A stretch of 63,639 bases of DNA, the filler included, from Collodictyon triciliatum (Eukaryota), in the NCBI GenBank assembly GCA_043381765.1. It is 3 parts of 3 records of this genome, joined end to end, with 100 filler letters (N's around TTAATTAATTAA, not from the genome) between each part and the next. Parts side by side here need not be neighbours in the genome. Positions count along the whole stretch, not along the records: positions 21,314 to 42,467 come from JBHJMP010001198.1; positions 42,568 to 63,639 come from JBHJMP010001205.1; 1 more part is not named here. One strand, 5' to 3'. The position numbers and the translations under genes are program-made. This document shows positions 39,447 to 52,186 of this stretch, one piece after another; position 1 is the first letter of the stretch, and the number at the start of each line of letters is the position of its first letter. The notes below the pieces were generated by a model. It did not search any database and was not told the DNA's origin. It saw nothing but the letters and a program-made list of their open reading frames with translations.

Positions 39447-42269
39447 ATGAGATTGAATCTAAAGTCTTATGCGACTGTGTTGTTGTTGTTGGGTGAGTTG
39501 TTTAATTAAAAACATTTTTATTTTTATTACTGGCTTCGACATATGATTATGATTATGATAAATAAACTTATAGGATTAATAATACACTGCCAATTCTGTC
39601 TTGTTGAGGGAAATGATGGTTTAATCCGCACATTGACTGGCCATCTTGGCAGTGTTTACAGTGTTGCTGTTAATCTGGATGGTTCAAAAATTGTTTCTGG
39701 TGGCGGTGATAGAACAATCAAAGTCTGGAATTTCTCTGATGGAGCTTTGATTCACACACTGGACGGTCATACCAATAGTGTTTACAGTGTTGCTGTTACT
39801 CCTGATGGCTCAAAAATTGTTTCTGGTGGTGGTAGCAGCATCAAAATCTGGAATCTTACTGATGGAGCTTTAATTATCCAGCTGTATAGTCATACCAATA
39901 ATGTTAAAAGTGTTACTGTCACTCCTGATGGCTCAAAAGTTGTTTCTGGAAGTGCTGATAAAACAATCAAAATTTGGAATTTTTCTGATGGAGCTTTGAT
40001 TCACACATTAGGTGGTTATAATGGCGAGGTTTGCAGTGTTGCCGTTACTCCTGATGGCTCAAAAATTGTTTCCGGATATTATGCGAAATCAATCAAAATC
40101 TGGAATATCTCTGATGGAGCTTTGATCCGCACACTGGACGGTCATACTAATATTGTTTACAGTGTTGCTGTTACTCCTGATGGCTCAAATATTGTTTCTG
40201 GAAGTGGTGATAAAACAATCAATATTTGGAATCTTTCTGATGGAGCTTTGATTCGCACATTGACTGGTCATACTAGTATTGTTTACAGTGTTATTGTCAC
40301 TCCTGATGGCTCAAATATTGTTTCTGGAAGTAGTGATTCTACAATCAAAATTTGGAATCTCACCTATGGAACTTTGATTCGCACATTGATTGGCCATACT
40401 AGTATTGTTTACAGTGTTGTTGTCACCTCTGATGGCTCAAAAATTGTTTCTGGAGGTCTTGATAGAACAATCAAAATTTGGGATACTCCAGAGTTACTTT
40501 GTTCTGCTGGTCAGTTTTATGATTCAGTTTCAAAGTCTTGTCAAATATGCCCATCTGGAAGCTATAGTGCTGGGGGTGCTACATATTGTTCCTTGTGCCC
40601 TGTTGGTACATATAACCCGTTAACTGGTCAAGTTGCTTGTCACTTATGTGCAGCTGGTACATACAATCCATATACTGGTTCTAGAAATTCTACTGACTGT
40701 ATTTTATGTGCAGCTGGCACATACAACCCTTCTACTGGTCAAGAGTCATGTCCTTTATGTAAGTCTGGAACGTACAACCCTGCAACAGGCCAAAAGGAAT
40801 GCATATCATGTGGGAGTGGATGGAATGGAGATAAATTGGGGTCGACAACTATAAGCGACTGTTTGTGTCTTCGTTCAACTTATTTGGAATCAAGTTCTAA
40901 ACAGTGCAAAGACTGTCCTGATGGATTTATTTGTGACGGAAGCAGTCACCTTACCGTTAAAAACGGATACTGGCAATCCCCAACGTCTAGTGGGGCGTAT
41001 ATTGCATATAAATGTCTCAATGAAGATGCTTGCACCGGAGGAAACAACACTTGTGCGGAGGGTTACAAAGGAGTTTTGTGTGGAGTTTGTGAAGAAGGGT
41101 ATGGAAAAACAGGCGAATACTTTTGCATAAAATGCGTTTCAAAAGTATTGAATGGATTTTTCGTCCTTTTAAGCATCACTCTTCCACTTGCTTTTATTAT
41201 GTTCACAGTAAAGCAATCGAGGAAGCCAAAAACTGAGAGTATTCAAATACTAAAGACTCTTGCAACTCATTTTCAGATTTTGTCTTATTTGGGTAACTTT
41301 GATGTTGACTGGAGCTCGACTGTAATATCTGTAATGAAAATTCCATCCCTTTTTTCATTTTCACTCTCGATAGACAACTATACTATAGAATGCCAGTATG
41401 AAATATCTATCTATGAAAAAGTGTTTTTATCGATGGTAACACCGCTAATTTTAGTTTTTATATTATGTTTTATAATTTTCATTAAAGTTATATGGAAATT
41501 ATATACAAATCAGATGAAAAAAGCTGACATTCCTTTTTCAAAATTGAAAGAAGAGTTTGCATACTCAATACTGGTCATGCTGTTTTTTGTCCATCCAACT
41601 ATCACATCAACAACATCGAGTATATTTGGTTGTGAGGATTTGGGTGATGAAAGTTACTTGAAAGCTGACATGTCGATTAGTTGCAACGATAATGTTTATC
41701 TCACATGGAAAAACATTTCTCTGGCTTATGTAATGGTATACTGCTTTGGTGGACCGCTTATTCTTGGAGGGTACATGTTTTACAAAAGGACATCTCTTGT
41801 AAATTCGACTTCAAACACGTATAACTTGCTCAGGTTTTTAGTTGATGGATATACGGAGAAATGTTATTATTGGGAAATCATGACTATGATGCAAAAATTA
41901 CTGATTGTCATAATAGGTTCCTTCTTTTCTCCTACGTTACAAATTTATTTTGGTCTTTGGATACTGATACTGAGCATCGAATCATCAAATTACTTTGAAC
42001 CTTTCATGTCAAAAGTTTTACAGAAATTCCAGATTTGGTCGATGTATGTCCTCTTTTTTACGCTAATGACCAGTTTGCTATTCCGATTCATGGAATTGGC
42101 CTATCACTATGAGATTTTTCTTGTTATATTGGTAGTAATTCTTAATGGAATGATAGTAGTAGTCTCCTTGATGAAAGCAGGACCAAAGTTTATAAATTCC
42201 CTCTTTGAAAAAATCCAATATATTCGTATGAAACATAATCGGAATAGTTTTGAATTTATGGATAATTGA
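39447..42269 (+). CDS. Membrane receptor-like protein: signal peptide - 7 WD40 repeats - Cys-rich (GCC2/GCC3, ephrin-receptor-like) repeats - multipass TM domain
   Basis: Exon 1 at 39447-39492 (MRLNLKSYATVLLLL|gtgagt) splices in frame to 39574 (GLIIHCQ). Seven 42-aa GH...VYSVAVTPDGSKIVSG..DKTIKIW repeats, then C..GTYNP..GQ..C repeats, C.EGY.GVLCGVC, and several hydrophobic helices with GY..K.YYWE. Confidence 0.88.
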
Positions 42270-42360
42270 AAATGCTATGGAAAATTTTAGAAAAGGAAAA
42301 ATAATGAAAAATTTGAATGAGGATGACCTTCATTTCATCTCATCTCTAAAAATCCTATCC

Positions 42361-42467
42361 CACCTACCCACTCACCCACTCACTCACTCACTCACTCACT
42401 CACTCACTCACTCACTCACTCACTCACTCACTCACTCACTCACTCACTCACTCACTCACTCACTCAC
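42361..42467. repeat. (CACT)n microsatellite at contig end
   Basis: Visible tandem repeat. Confidence 0.95.
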
Positions 42468-42567
42468 NNNNNNNNNNNNNNNNNNNNNNNNNNNNNNNNN
42501 NNNNNNNNNNNTTAATTAATTAANNNNNNNNNNNNNNNNNNNNNNNNNNNNNNNNNNNNNNNNNNNN
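42468..42567. other. Artificial contig-joining spacer (N44-TTAATTAATTAA-N44)
   Basis: Linker at 42512-42523, identical in layout to 21214-21313. Confidence 0.97.
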
Positions 42568-42936
42568 CAAAAAACAAAAAACAAAAAACAAAAAACAAAA
42601 AACAAAAAACAAAAAACAAAAAACAAAAAACAAAAAAACAAAAAAACAAAAAACAAAAAACAAAAAAACAAAAAAGTAAATCACTCGCTCATAACAAATT
42701 AAAGGCCAATCAAAACACAAGACATTGGAGAGCCAGGAGTCCGATAATCTACTCATGTGTGACTATTCTCTCATGAAAGCATAATGATGACTGAAACAAT
42801 ACCCATCATTGTTCCTTCCCAGCTTTTATTTTCATAAAGTAATAATAATGATGATGTATGATATTTGAGAGAATTGTAAATCTAAAAAAAAAAAAGAAAA
42901 AAAAGGAGAAAATAGAAGCCTTTACGTGAATGATAG

Positions 42937-42995
42937 AGCAACCATGACTCTTTGAATCGAATAAAGGAAGAAAAAAAAATAAAGCAACCATGACT
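42937..42995 (+). mobile_element. Micro retro-insertion with 13-bp target-site duplication
   Basis: AGCAACCATGACT at 42937-42949 and 42983-42995 flanks CTTTGAATCGAATAAAGGAAGAAAAAAAAATAA. Confidence 0.7.
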
Positions 42996-45900
42996 GAGCG
43001 CCGACGACGATCAACGGTGGAATCACCCGGGAGATACAAAGATATTCGTACGTGGAATAGCTCATTGCTCAGCTCAAAGTCACCAGGCACACCAAAAGGA
43101 ACCACATCCGATTTTGCAGCGAACGGGCTAAGTCCAGTACTTCTTTAGCTTCATAAGATTGATTACCATTCAAATTATTCATAGGATTATGGCTTTACCG
43201 CTATTCATATAAGTATCCCACAGTTCGGCCATCTCGCAGAAAGATTTTTGTGAGTATACTCACGTCTATTTCCCTCCGCCAGCTCCAAAAACAAATGGTC
43301 GAGCAGATATTCGTCCCGGAGGAATATTCAGAGGATGTTTCTCCTACTATGCAGCGCGAAATATTCTGTAATGACCTGTGTAATGCTAGTTAAATCACTT
43401 CGATGTAAAGTTAATTTGCCTTTTTTTTTCTACCTTCAGTAAGAGGAGAAGGCGGATCTTCTATGAGAAGGAGAACTCTTCGTGGGAGTATTTCCTATCA
43501 GAATAGTGCCAGAGGGGAAAAGAGCTTTGAAATAGGAACACCTTCGCGTGGTTCCATCCATCCAGGACTTCTTCCTCAGCAATTTGGGAGTCACGTCAAG
43601 AACTGGGAAATTCTGAATGAGGCGGACGAAGCAGGTTTCGTGATGTTTTTTTTTTAGATTGTCGCCGAATGTATCTTAGCATCATAAGGTTCCAGAGTTT
43701 GAAGAAACACAAAACAACATCTAAACAACATCTAAACAACATCTAAAAACATCTAAACAACATCTAAAAAACACTTTAAAACAACAAAAAACGAAAAAAA
43801 AAACACAAAGTAAAGAAACAGCAAAATTATTTATTTTTAAGCAATTAAAATTATCATGTATTAATCGCCAAACCAGCATGACTCGAAAATCACAGCAGCG
43901 ATGTTTTTATTCATCATATAGGAGGTGGACATAGTTCCTCAAGGAATGTCGGGTCTCCTGTTCCTGGCGAAGGTAGGAAATTGGAAAGACCTCAATCAGC
44001 TCCAAAAATGATACCACCGAAGCAGGAAACTTTTATCCCACCCCCCAAAACGGAGCCTAGCTACGCTGCAAAGTACAATGCTCGATTTCAGGAGTACGCT
44101 GTTTTGTTAAAGCAAGAATTATATTAATTGAATAAAATATAGGGAAAAAGCAATAATTACAATAGGAGTCACGATGTTTTCTGAGATACAATTTCCACAT
44201 AAATTTCTTTCCCGCCTGAATATATCTTATTTATCAACCACAGATACCTTTTTAAAACTTTTTTTTGAAGTATGAGCTAATGCAAATTCCAATAGGAGAT
44301 TGGTCAATTTTCGGAATACCTTTGTTTCGTCGGGTATATCATTTTCACAAGAAAATCTGTTTAATTGTATATGCTATTTGTATAGAAAATAGATACAGGG
44401 ATTGCTTTTAAAATACATATTTTCAATTTTTTAAAGGAAATAAATTATTGCCGCTGATTTCTTACATACAAACAACAGTTTTTCTCTGATTCAAACTTGT
44501 TGATTTTACTCTATAATCTAAGCAGCCACAGCAGCAGCTTCAGAGGTGGCCATCAAATCCATTAAGTTAGGTGAAATATCACCAAACACTCTGCCTACCG
44601 AAGCAAAGCACACAGTTGATATTGAGATAGCAGAACTAGATGTAAGAAGCCAATCCCAGACTATCCATCTTCCGTGATGTTATTATACATGAGCAATTAA
44701 TCTAGCGAAAGAACAATATAACTACCAACAATATTAAATTCATAGGAGGATGCAATTTCGTTGTGCGACCAATTTATGGAGGAAGGAGATGACTTATCTG
44801 ATGACCATTTTATCGACTTGATAGAAAAGAAAAATTTCAAGGAAAGGCGTTCGATCATGAAAGATTTCTTTCGCCGCTTCAGACAGACTCGCGCTATACT
44901 GAAATCAATCATGACAATCAGTGGTAGATTAGATCAAGACGTATAAAATTATACCAAATGAAGATATTCTATTTTTTCAGTAGAGCACTAGCTATGAAAC
45001 GAAATTATTTTTATATTTATGATAAAGTCGTATGGTATCTTAATCTTAACAATTAGATCTCGACCCAAAAAATATTGGATGATGCTTGCGTCTTTACTGG
45101 CGCCGAGCGTGGTACTTTGTACATTTTAGACGATGCAAAAAAAGAGCTGACCAGCAAGGTTTCAACCACTTTATCCCTATTAATTTTAATATACATTTAT
45201 CCCAAAAACTTTTCGAAAAAAGAAAAGAAAAAATAAAGTTCAGGTTAAAGTTAAAATTGAAAAATAATGATTTGAAAGAAAGAAAAGAAGGAAAGAATGA
45301 AGAGTGATTAATATTTTCATATTGATGATTTATTTCTCTTAAAGTTCATCTAGAAACGAATGAGAATATAACATCATATTATAACTGTTCTTTTTTGTTT
45401 TTTTTATTCACTAACAATCCCCTTTATTCGATTCAAAGTCTGTATGCTCACCATACTTTTTGAAAGGTCTTTTCCACAGGTTCATCAAAAATAGAAAGCC
45501 GGGTTGCTGTTGGTAAAGGAATTGTAGGTTCTGCTGCAAGTTTTGGAGTGAATCTCAATATCACAGATGTCCGAGTGTAAGCATTTATCCATAAATTTGC
45601 CGTTTACTATATGTTGATGGATTATCTATCTTTTTGATTATAATAAACGCAATAGTAAGATTAGATGCTATTTTATAGAGACCCGAGGTTCGACCCAGAA
45701 TACGACCGGAAGGCAGGATATACAACCAGAAACATAATGTGTTCCTGTCTCAAAGATTTTGAGGGAAATAAAGTGGGAGTGATGGAGCTGGCAAACAAGA
45801 AAGGGGATGACAAATATTTCAGTAGAACTGACCAGATGAACTTGGAAATGTTTGGAACTATGGCCATAAATGCCCTTCGATACTCTAAACTTCGAAGCGA

Positions 45901-47115
45901 AGCCCAAAATGTATGTTTCATATATTCTAATCCTCATAGTCAAACGCTCTAATCCTTTGTATCAGACACTTCTCCTGATAATACGAATGGAGGTGGGGTT
46001 GGCCAATATCAATCTGACGTACTATGCGAAATATAGGTCATGAATAAAATCGTAGTATTGTCACAGGGCATAAAAGAGATATTCAAAAGTGATAGCAAAG
46101 GAGATTACCTCGAATCTGTTGAGGAAATGGCAAAGGATTTTTTAGAGGTTGAGGAGTCGGTAGTCTACTCAGGTATATGGTTTCATTTAATAGAAATCGT
46201 GGTATGCCACATAAATATATTAAAATCATCCGTTGATGCCAATCGGTAGCTCTCTTATCCACTGATGATGTCTAGTGAACCAGGAGTCCGGACAAATAAA
46301 AAGCAGAACAAAAATGAAAAACACAGGGGACACAGAAGCGCTCGTATCTATTGCGCAGCAGGTTGCGAATACAGGTGCCAACATTTGAAATATAATTTTT
46401 TTTCTCTCTCTCTCTCTATGGATTCATATTTCATCTGGACCCCAGTATTTCTAAAAAATACTCCACTGCGCTAATTCCTCTAAAATGAAAAGGTGAAACA
46501 ATCAGAGTTGAGGACTTGTATCAGGATTTGAGGTTTAATTCCATGTGTGGTTCTATGATAGTCTCTACTAAAAGGTCTAACAATTTTTTTCTTTTGTTGG
46601 AAAATGGGTTACAGATGTATATTTTCTTGATTTGTGAACACTGATAGATTTTATAAGCTGAAAGGTTGTGAAGGAACTTCAATTGGGGATATAGATTTAA
46701 TTTATGCTTCGCTTCTAGGTCAAAAGCTGTCCTGTGTGTCCCCCTGCCTGGTAAAAATGGAAAAGTAGTTGGGATAGTGCAAGCAGTCGATAAATCCGAT
46801 GGGACTGCATTTGATGATACAGATGAGGAGCTTCTTAACATCTTGGTATACTTTGTGCTTTTAATTACGAGCCCTGCTGACTAAATTCTCATGGCTGCAT
46901 TATTGCACACCATTTGGCAAAGTAAAATACCAGTCTGCGCTTTATGTGCACTCCCTTGAAAATTGATATTCTCTCTTTCCCTCTGTTAACTCGTTATATG
47001 TCTAGCCTCTATGTATTATTCTTCTGTAATGGAAAATACACATTCTTCAAATCGCCTTTGCCTGTGCCCTTCCCGTTTTAATGTTGCTTGTCAGATAAGA
47101 TATTTCGTCACGTAA
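42990..47115 (+). CDS. Multi-exon tandem GAF-domain protein (PDE/CyaB-type GAFs); start uncertain
   Basis: Exons encode TGAERGTLYILD, VGKGIVG, DPRFDPEYDRKAGYTTRNIMC...GVMELANKK...FSRTD (NKFDE-like) and a second GAF KAVLCVPL..GKVVGIVQAVDKSDGTAFDDTDEELL. Last exon ends at TAA 47113-47115. Confidence 0.75.
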
Positions 47116-47124
47116 AGGAATCAA

Positions 47125-47415
<291 letters not shown>

Positions 47416-47511
47416 CGTCACAATAAAATCTTATGTTTCTTTTTTCTTTTTCTTTATTTCCAACTGAGAATTCGACTTACTGGCCTTCAAATCATAAGAA
47501 TAATCCAATTT

Positions 47512-48687
47512 CTAAACAATATACTTGTAAAGTCGCCCAGTTTCTTGAGAAAGGACATAAAATTCATCATCAGTGCTAAAGCACACACCAGCTGGCATCT
47601 TGATATTCATCTCGTGCATCTTCGACCCGTTCCGATCAAAAAAATAGACTCTGTTGTTCGACCGAGATGAAAGAGTGAATCCATCATCAGGCCCGAATGT
47701 CATACAGCAGACGTCGCAATTAAATCGCATGGATATAGTGCGGAGCAGTTTGCCTTCAGTAGAGAACACAAACACACTTAATCTTTTTAAAGACAGAGCA
47801 AACACCTCACCCAATCGGTTCACAATTATGCAAGTGAAACCTGTGTCCTCCAATCCCGAAGGCGCTTCGAACTTTTCTACGCCATACAAAGATGACGCAG
47901 TTCCCGGCAGACTCGAGCTAAGTTTTATCTTCACTATGTTTGGGCTGTGAAGGTCTGATACGTAAATGTTTTCATTCGAATCAAAAGCTATCCCCATAGG
48001 CAACGAAAGTAGGTTTTCATTCATCACTGGGATTTTGCTTAAAATGTTGTCGTTTTCATCAAAGACTGTAACTCGTTTGGTTCCATAATCAGCCACAGCA
48101 ACCAAACCGGAGCATGAAACTGCAATAGCGGCCGGACTTTCAAATAATGGCGGAATATCAGAAGGTGAGTTCTTGATAGTTCGAATATATTGCAGTTTTG
48201 AATCCACAATAAAAACATGCTTTTTTGTAATCTCAGCGAAATATATATTCCCGTTCGGATGTGAGGCCATGCCCCAGGGACTTGAAAGCTTTCTTGTTAC
48301 AATAACCGGATCCATTATAGATGATACAAGCTTTAGACTCCGAACTTCCACAAAAACACAAAAAGGGTCCTCAAAGACCCACGGCCTTTCAGTCTCACTA
48401 TAAGAGGAAACCACCCTTTGCTCTCCAATCCTGTTGAAAATCCTAAACTTTGACAACCCTCTGATTTGGTCCACGAGTGTCACGTCTAAGTTTTGCCGCG
48501 TGAATTGCCACATATGTTGGAGTCCGTGAATGTGTCTGGAACATGAGTCCGCAGCACACTTTGCCATTCCTATGTTTTCCAGTGACTTCGAGAGTTTTGC
48601 AGCTGCCCAATCAATTGTACTTTTGATCCGTAGTAATTTCGGGATAAAATGCGATTCAGCCATGGAGAGTGTTTTGACCGGCTTCAT
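47512..48687 (-). CDS. NHL-repeat / six-bladed beta-propeller protein (intronless)
   Basis: 391-aa ORF with LSSPWGMASHPNGNIYFAE, FESPAAIAVSCSGLVAVADYGTKRVTVFD, LPMGIAFDSNENIYVSD. Confidence 0.8.
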   Translation of the reverse strand: MKPVKTLSMAESHFIPKLLRIKSTIDWAAAKLSKSLENIGMAKCAADSCSRHIHGLQHMWQFTRQNLDVTLVDQIRGLSKFRIFNRIGEQRVVSSYSETERPWVFEDPFCVFVEVRSLKLVSSIMDPVIVTRKLSSPWGMASHPNGNIYFAEITKKHVFIVDSKLQYIRTIKNSPSDIPPLFESPAAIAVSCSGLVAVADYGTKRVTVFDENDNILSKIPVMNENLLSLPMGIAFDSNENIYVSDLHSPNIVKIKLSSSLPGTASSLYGVEKFEAPSGLEDTGFTCIIVNRLGEVFALSLKRLSVFVFSTEGKLLRTISMRFNCDVCCMTFGPDDGFTLSSRSNNRVYFFDRNGSKMHEMNIKMPAGVCFSTDDEFYVLSQETGRLYKYIV

Positions 48688-49429
48688 TCGTACGTCATTT
48701 AGCTATTGAATGCCGGGGTGAGTAAATGACACTATTCCTGGCTCAAATACATTAACAATACTAAGATATCTACTCTTGCGATATTTCTCGATATCGTGTC
48801 AAATAAAAATACCATGCACTCATTGTATACAACAAGAGATATCATATATGCACTTTTGAATCGATTTTCAGTCATGTATGCAACCGCGTCTCCCTGAAAT
48901 CAGAGTTAAACTTATGACGCTTCTGTTTGCTCTCTTATCAACTCGCCTGCTTTATGACTTCATCTTGCTTCTGCTCAATGCGAGCCCTCAACGAAGCGGT
49001 CCTGTACTGGAGTGACTCGTCCACACTCTCGAAAAAGCATGAGCTATTATGTTTTTTTTTTTTATGAAGTATATTATTAACGGAAAAATGATGATGTCTC
49101 CTTGCATATTACACGCAAGACATATGTAAGAGCATTCGTTGATTTTTTTTTTTTTTTGTATGTACGAAAGTGAAGAAAGATGAATCATACGTTTGATAAG
49201 AGCACAATGATTGTGGCAAAAGAGCAACCTGGTCACAAGCATCGCTGAAGGCAGTCAAGGCCATGAGAATCTCAGTCTTGTGAGTGTTCATGTGGGTCTT
49301 TTAGATGGAGGCAGGGGATTAATACTGAAGGGTCTGTGAATCTGTGGGGAGCAGTGTACTTTAAGGCAACCTGTTTTCTTTTCTTTTTCCATAATGCGTC
49401 ACATTGAACCAAAGCAGTGCAATGAAAAA

Positions 49430-49600
49430 ACAAAAGTAAAAAAAAGTAAAAAAAAAGTAAAAAAAAAGTAAAAAAAAAAAGTAAAAAAAAAGTAAAAAAA
49501 AAGTAAAAAAAGTAAAAAAAGTAAAAAAAGTAAAAAAAAAGTAAAAAAGTAAAAAAAAAGTAAAAAGTAAAAAGTAAAAAGGTGAAAAAAAAAAAAAAAG
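49430..49600. repeat. (A)nGT degenerate microsatellite
   Basis: Visible AAAAAAAGT-type repeats. Confidence 0.9.
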
Positions 49601-50189
49601 AGGTACTTGGGTCAGAAATACAATTTTGTCCTGGTAACTTATTTCCGTTTCCTCTCGAGTTGGGCTTTGGGCGGAAAGAAAATACCATTGGGTAGAAGCT
49701 GTTTTTCTTTGGTGACTTAGAGTCCAGTCCCCAAAGGACAATTACAAGCACACGTAAGCTTCCATTATAATGACTCATAATTACGAATAAGCGCTGTGCT
49801 TTTATTCACCTTACACTTGATTAGTAATCTCGTGGGTTAACAAAACCCCAAATCCGCTCTTTAGTTTCTTAGCAGATTAACGTTTTTGAATAAACTCTGT
49901 ATGTATACAAATTATATATGAAAAGCAAATCACACAGATAGGCAGGCTCTATAATAAGGCGCATACTTATTTTATTCCATTAAAATCAGAAACGACTCCA
50001 GTGTCAGATACAGAAAAGCCTAGTCTTTTTTTTTTTTTTATAATTGACTTCTTTATTAAAAAAACTATGAATTATCCCAGACTTCGACCACCCTTTTGTA
50101 AGATGAAATCTCTTGAACTTTGTACCGAATAAAGAAAAAACCCATGCTCGCGCAGATACTTAGAAATGGAAGAAAAAAAAGATGTAATA

Positions 50190-51583
50190 TCATAGCTCAT
50201 CGCCTAATGAGGAGCTTTGTTGTTTTCGTTTGGATGAAGGGGCATAAGTAAATGTGTTCGGTACATCCCGGTGAACCTCCCAGTCATCTAGTTGAACGGG
50301 AACAAAAGAAGTTGTGACGGCTGCTTTTGGGAGACTCATTTCAAAGTTTCGGCATTCAGTTTGCTTTAACGCAAGATTATGATAAAGCTGACGAGTTTCG
50401 GATGAAAGGAGCTTCCACTCAGCGGATATGTCTCTAATGAACTGTTTGTTGTCAAAAACATGTCCTTGTTCTTTCCTGCTCGCTCGTTTGTGTGACATAT
50501 ATGCCATAAATCCATTGATTGGTCTTTTAGTCTTCTTCTTCAACAGGATTGAAAACATTGATGAGCGCTCGAGACATATGGTCCTTGGATTAGTAGGATG
50601 CATGGTGTGTTTGGAACAGACCGGCCTGGCGTGCGTTTGAACATAACCTATACGTCGAATTATACATCGTGGAATTCTCCAGGGAGTTTTCAACACATGT
50701 GTTTCAAGACATTTGAAAATGATTATAAAATATATGGAAAAAAATAGGTACCGTTTGTGGTCACGTGAGCATTCTGCGCTCTCTGCTCTCCCGATGCCAT
50801 TCGAGGACAAGATTGGTGAGATGAGTATTTTTCACTCTCATGTTGCGGCTCAGGCTGAAGATTTTCGCAGTAATGAGGCATATTAGATGAAATCAGCGCG
50901 GAAGTACTTGAATGTTCAGTCATGTCTCTTCCAGTAAGCGTTTTATCGCTGATGGGACTCAATTTGCGCGCACGTTTCTTTTTTATGGAGGGGTCGATAG
51001 ATATAAATTTCGTTGAGAATGCACTTTTCAATTTTGAGCGAGAAGGAATCGCCTTGGGTTCAACTGTATGCAATTCTCGACTATCAGATTGGTTTGTTTT
51101 TAAACCATGAGTCTCATTCCTCTCTTGAGTGCACCCATCACAAAATTTCGTATTACAGGGAGTACAGCAGGAGACACAAACTGTATAAGGTTTCCCAAAT
51201 AAATCAGAGTCTATTGACCACTCAGAAAACGTAAACAAGCTAGGATTAGCGCGTCCAGTTATTTGGTTGTTAGGTAATGGACAGATTTCACCCAGATTGA
51301 AAGATGAATCACTCTCTGTAGAATGGTATGATATATTTCCTTTTGGCATACCAAAATCATCACAGTGGTAGGTAGTAGAGCTGTTGGTTGCCGGTGTTCT
51401 TTGTCGATATGAATTTTTTTGAAATGCAGCCTCGTTGATTTTATCTTCATAGTCTTGTCCAATATGGTTACAAGGCAGCAGATCTGAATTCTGGTCCGTT
51501 CCCATAGAAAAAGAGCGTTCCAATGTGTCATGTCCGAAGACGTTAATGTTCGTGGTGTAAAACAGATCCGTGGAGACATCCAC
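50190..51583 (-). CDS. HMG-box transcription factor (sequence-specific MATA/SOX-TCF type); 5' end uncertain
   Basis: KKTKRPINGFMAYMSHKR...FDNKQFIRDISAEWKLLSSETRQLYHNLA at ~50370-50540. Intron ~50649-50750 joins the 51583 ORF in frame (TNG|YVQ). Confidence 0.78.
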
Positions 51584-52076
51584 AGTTCTTTGTATTTAAT
51601 TGTTAAGACGATTGATTGAATTGAGAGTGATTCAACTTGTGCGATGGATATTTTGATGGGAATGTTAAAAAAATGTGAAATGGTAAAAAGAGAGACAATA
51701 GTGGACACCCTGAATTACTATTTTAAAAAAACTTCAAAAGGTGATTTAGGTGTGGCTACAATTGAGTTAGATATGATTTTAAAACAGACTTTTCCAGAAT
51801 TGATCTTTCATCTTGTATCACGCGCCCGATTTGCATGCTTTCAGCTTTGTTAGTCGATGCCATCGACATATGAACCAAATTATTGGTAATTTATCACTTT
51901 CCGTCTATCTATACACAATATCTGCTATTAGCACATCATATATGTGAGAAGAGCCTTCTCATGGTAAACAATATTATTTTATTAGTAGCCACTTGTTCAT
52001 GCGTTACGGTGCCCAATTCGTGATGTGTGATTTTTAAGGGCAAGCATGGAAAAAACAGAGTAGGGATTTCCGTCTG

Positions 52077-52186
<110 letters not shown>

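Noticed and set aside
39614-40490. Regularly spaced repeats as a CRISPR-like array
   Set aside because: They are contiguous in-frame WD40 coding repeats without unique spacers.
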